This document shows positions 43,171-44,553 of a DNA stretch of 44,553 nucleotides, piece by piece. This DNA is from Macrostomum lignano (lineage: Eukaryota). The notes under the pieces were generated by a model, which was given only the letters and a program-made list of their open reading frames with translations, was not told where the DNA came from and ran no database searches. Each line of letters starts with the position of its first letter. The first letter of the stretch is position 1. The stretch is from NCBI GenBank assembly GCA_002269645.1, contig NIVC01004482.1:1-44553 (forward strand), in the 5' to 3' direction. Made by a program: the position numbers and the translations under genes.

Positions 43171-44553
43171 GTGCTAAAGCAAATTTTGGATATATAGTTT
43201 TTTAAATTTAGAAAGAAGAGAATAGTGAAGTATTAGGTAATAAACTTAGTAGTGCACTGAGACAACATGACACTAGTATTGAATTCAGTGAAAGAATGAA
43301 TAGATAAGGGAAGCCAAGCACCAGCCCAGTATGCCAACTGCAAAGCTTCAAGGCATGGGAGGCCAAGGGACAAAGGCAATTTGCAAGGGAAGCCAGCCTA
43401 GGAAGAAGACAAAAATTAGATCAACTAAGAAGATCAATAAACAAGAAGTAGAGCCATCATTATCAGATGATGAAGGCTAAATTAATTGGCAATGCAAGTT
43501 CTATGATAGAAATAATTTAATGAGGAAGTGATTTAGAGGTAGGCACAGAAGTAGAAATTAGAAAGGAAGGAAGCAAAGGAGAGAATACCAAGTATAACAG
43601 CTTGAAAGAAGAGATTGAGGAAAGTGGAAAGGGAGAAGAATCGGAGCTTGAGCATGAAAGAGAAAGAAAGTGAGGAAATAAGAAAGCGATGAGCAAAATA
43701 AGGAACAAGATGACATAATACCAGCTAAAAGGTATAACATGTGCAATTAGACCAAGCCCCCAAATAGCTTGTAGATGCCAATGCTATCTGAAAAGGCTAG
43801 TCTCTGTATAGAATCTATTATATAGAAGAACTAAAGTACTAAGTAGGGGGCCTAAGGGAAGTTGATAGCAAAGGTAAGGGACAAAACCAAAGCAAACAAG
43901 TTGGGACTTCATTGGATGAGAAAAAGATGAGTAGACTAGCAATTAGATTTTAGCTATCAAAGGAAGGCTAGGAATGGTCAACAGGGAGATTGAGGCTAAT
44001 AGCCAATGGAAATTGAGCCTTTGTTTAAATAAATTGTTGGGCAAATTAAAACAAATAACACTTAAGCCTAGGGAAAGATGATTGCTATGCCTATATAAAC
44101 AAGAACCCAAAGGCAAGAGGAAGAGGAAGTGAAACAGAATCATGTTGACAGATAAGGCCTATCTATTCTAGATTGATATTATTGTACTCTCAACATCTGG
44201 ATCTAGTCTTGAGGCATGGACTTAATACTTACTCTTACCATTCTAACATTTCTCTTACCTTCAGGTATTGCATTCTCTTTCTTCCAACCAACTTTGCCAT
44301 CTATGGGCAAATAATCCATGCCTTTATGCACTAAGTTCAATGTTATCACAACAAAGTTGAAGAAACATTTGCAGTGTGACTACCACAGAAGTGACTTTGT
44401 GATCAAAGCCAATGCCCTGCTATCTAGAATGAATATTGGCCACATGTTGGATGTTAGTCGCACAAAGCTAGTTAAGGAAAATAGGGAAAGACTAAACCAT
44501 TTCTGCAATTTAGTTTGTACCCTGTGGCTTTAAAAAGAGGGATTTTCCAATTT

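Overview
Eukaryotic (metazoan) genomic DNA. GC/CpG-rich coding exons sit among AT-rich introns that are packed with minisatellites and non-autonomous transposons. This style is reminiscent of a free-living flatworm such as Macrostomum, but that is an inference only. Genes I can support: (1) the 3' part of a GT32/DXD-family glycosyltransferase; (2) two tandem intronless CNBP-like zinc-knuckle/RGG genes, one with a +1 frameshift; (3) a three-exon ZNF106-like gene (zinc finger, coiled coil, WD40), rebuilt with a 52-nt exon missing from the ORF track; (4) a three-exon SLC9B/NHA cation/H+ antiporter; (5) a multi-exon gene of unknown function with degenerate ankyrin-like repeats; (6) RPL17. Mobile DNA includes hAT MITEs with perfect 8-bp TSDs, mariner derivatives, a Foldback/Mutator-like element nested in a hAT element, an RTE-type LINE fragment, a tRNA-derived CORE-SINE, and a second tRNA-SINE family whose two close copies both lie in minisatellites. 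About ten unrelated tandem arrays are present, and most long ORFs in the track are artefacts of them. The most striking unexplained pattern is a set of near-total CpG deserts immediately 5' of several coding regions. No CRISPR array, rRNA or intact tRNA was found. All coordinates, alignments and counts were done by eye.
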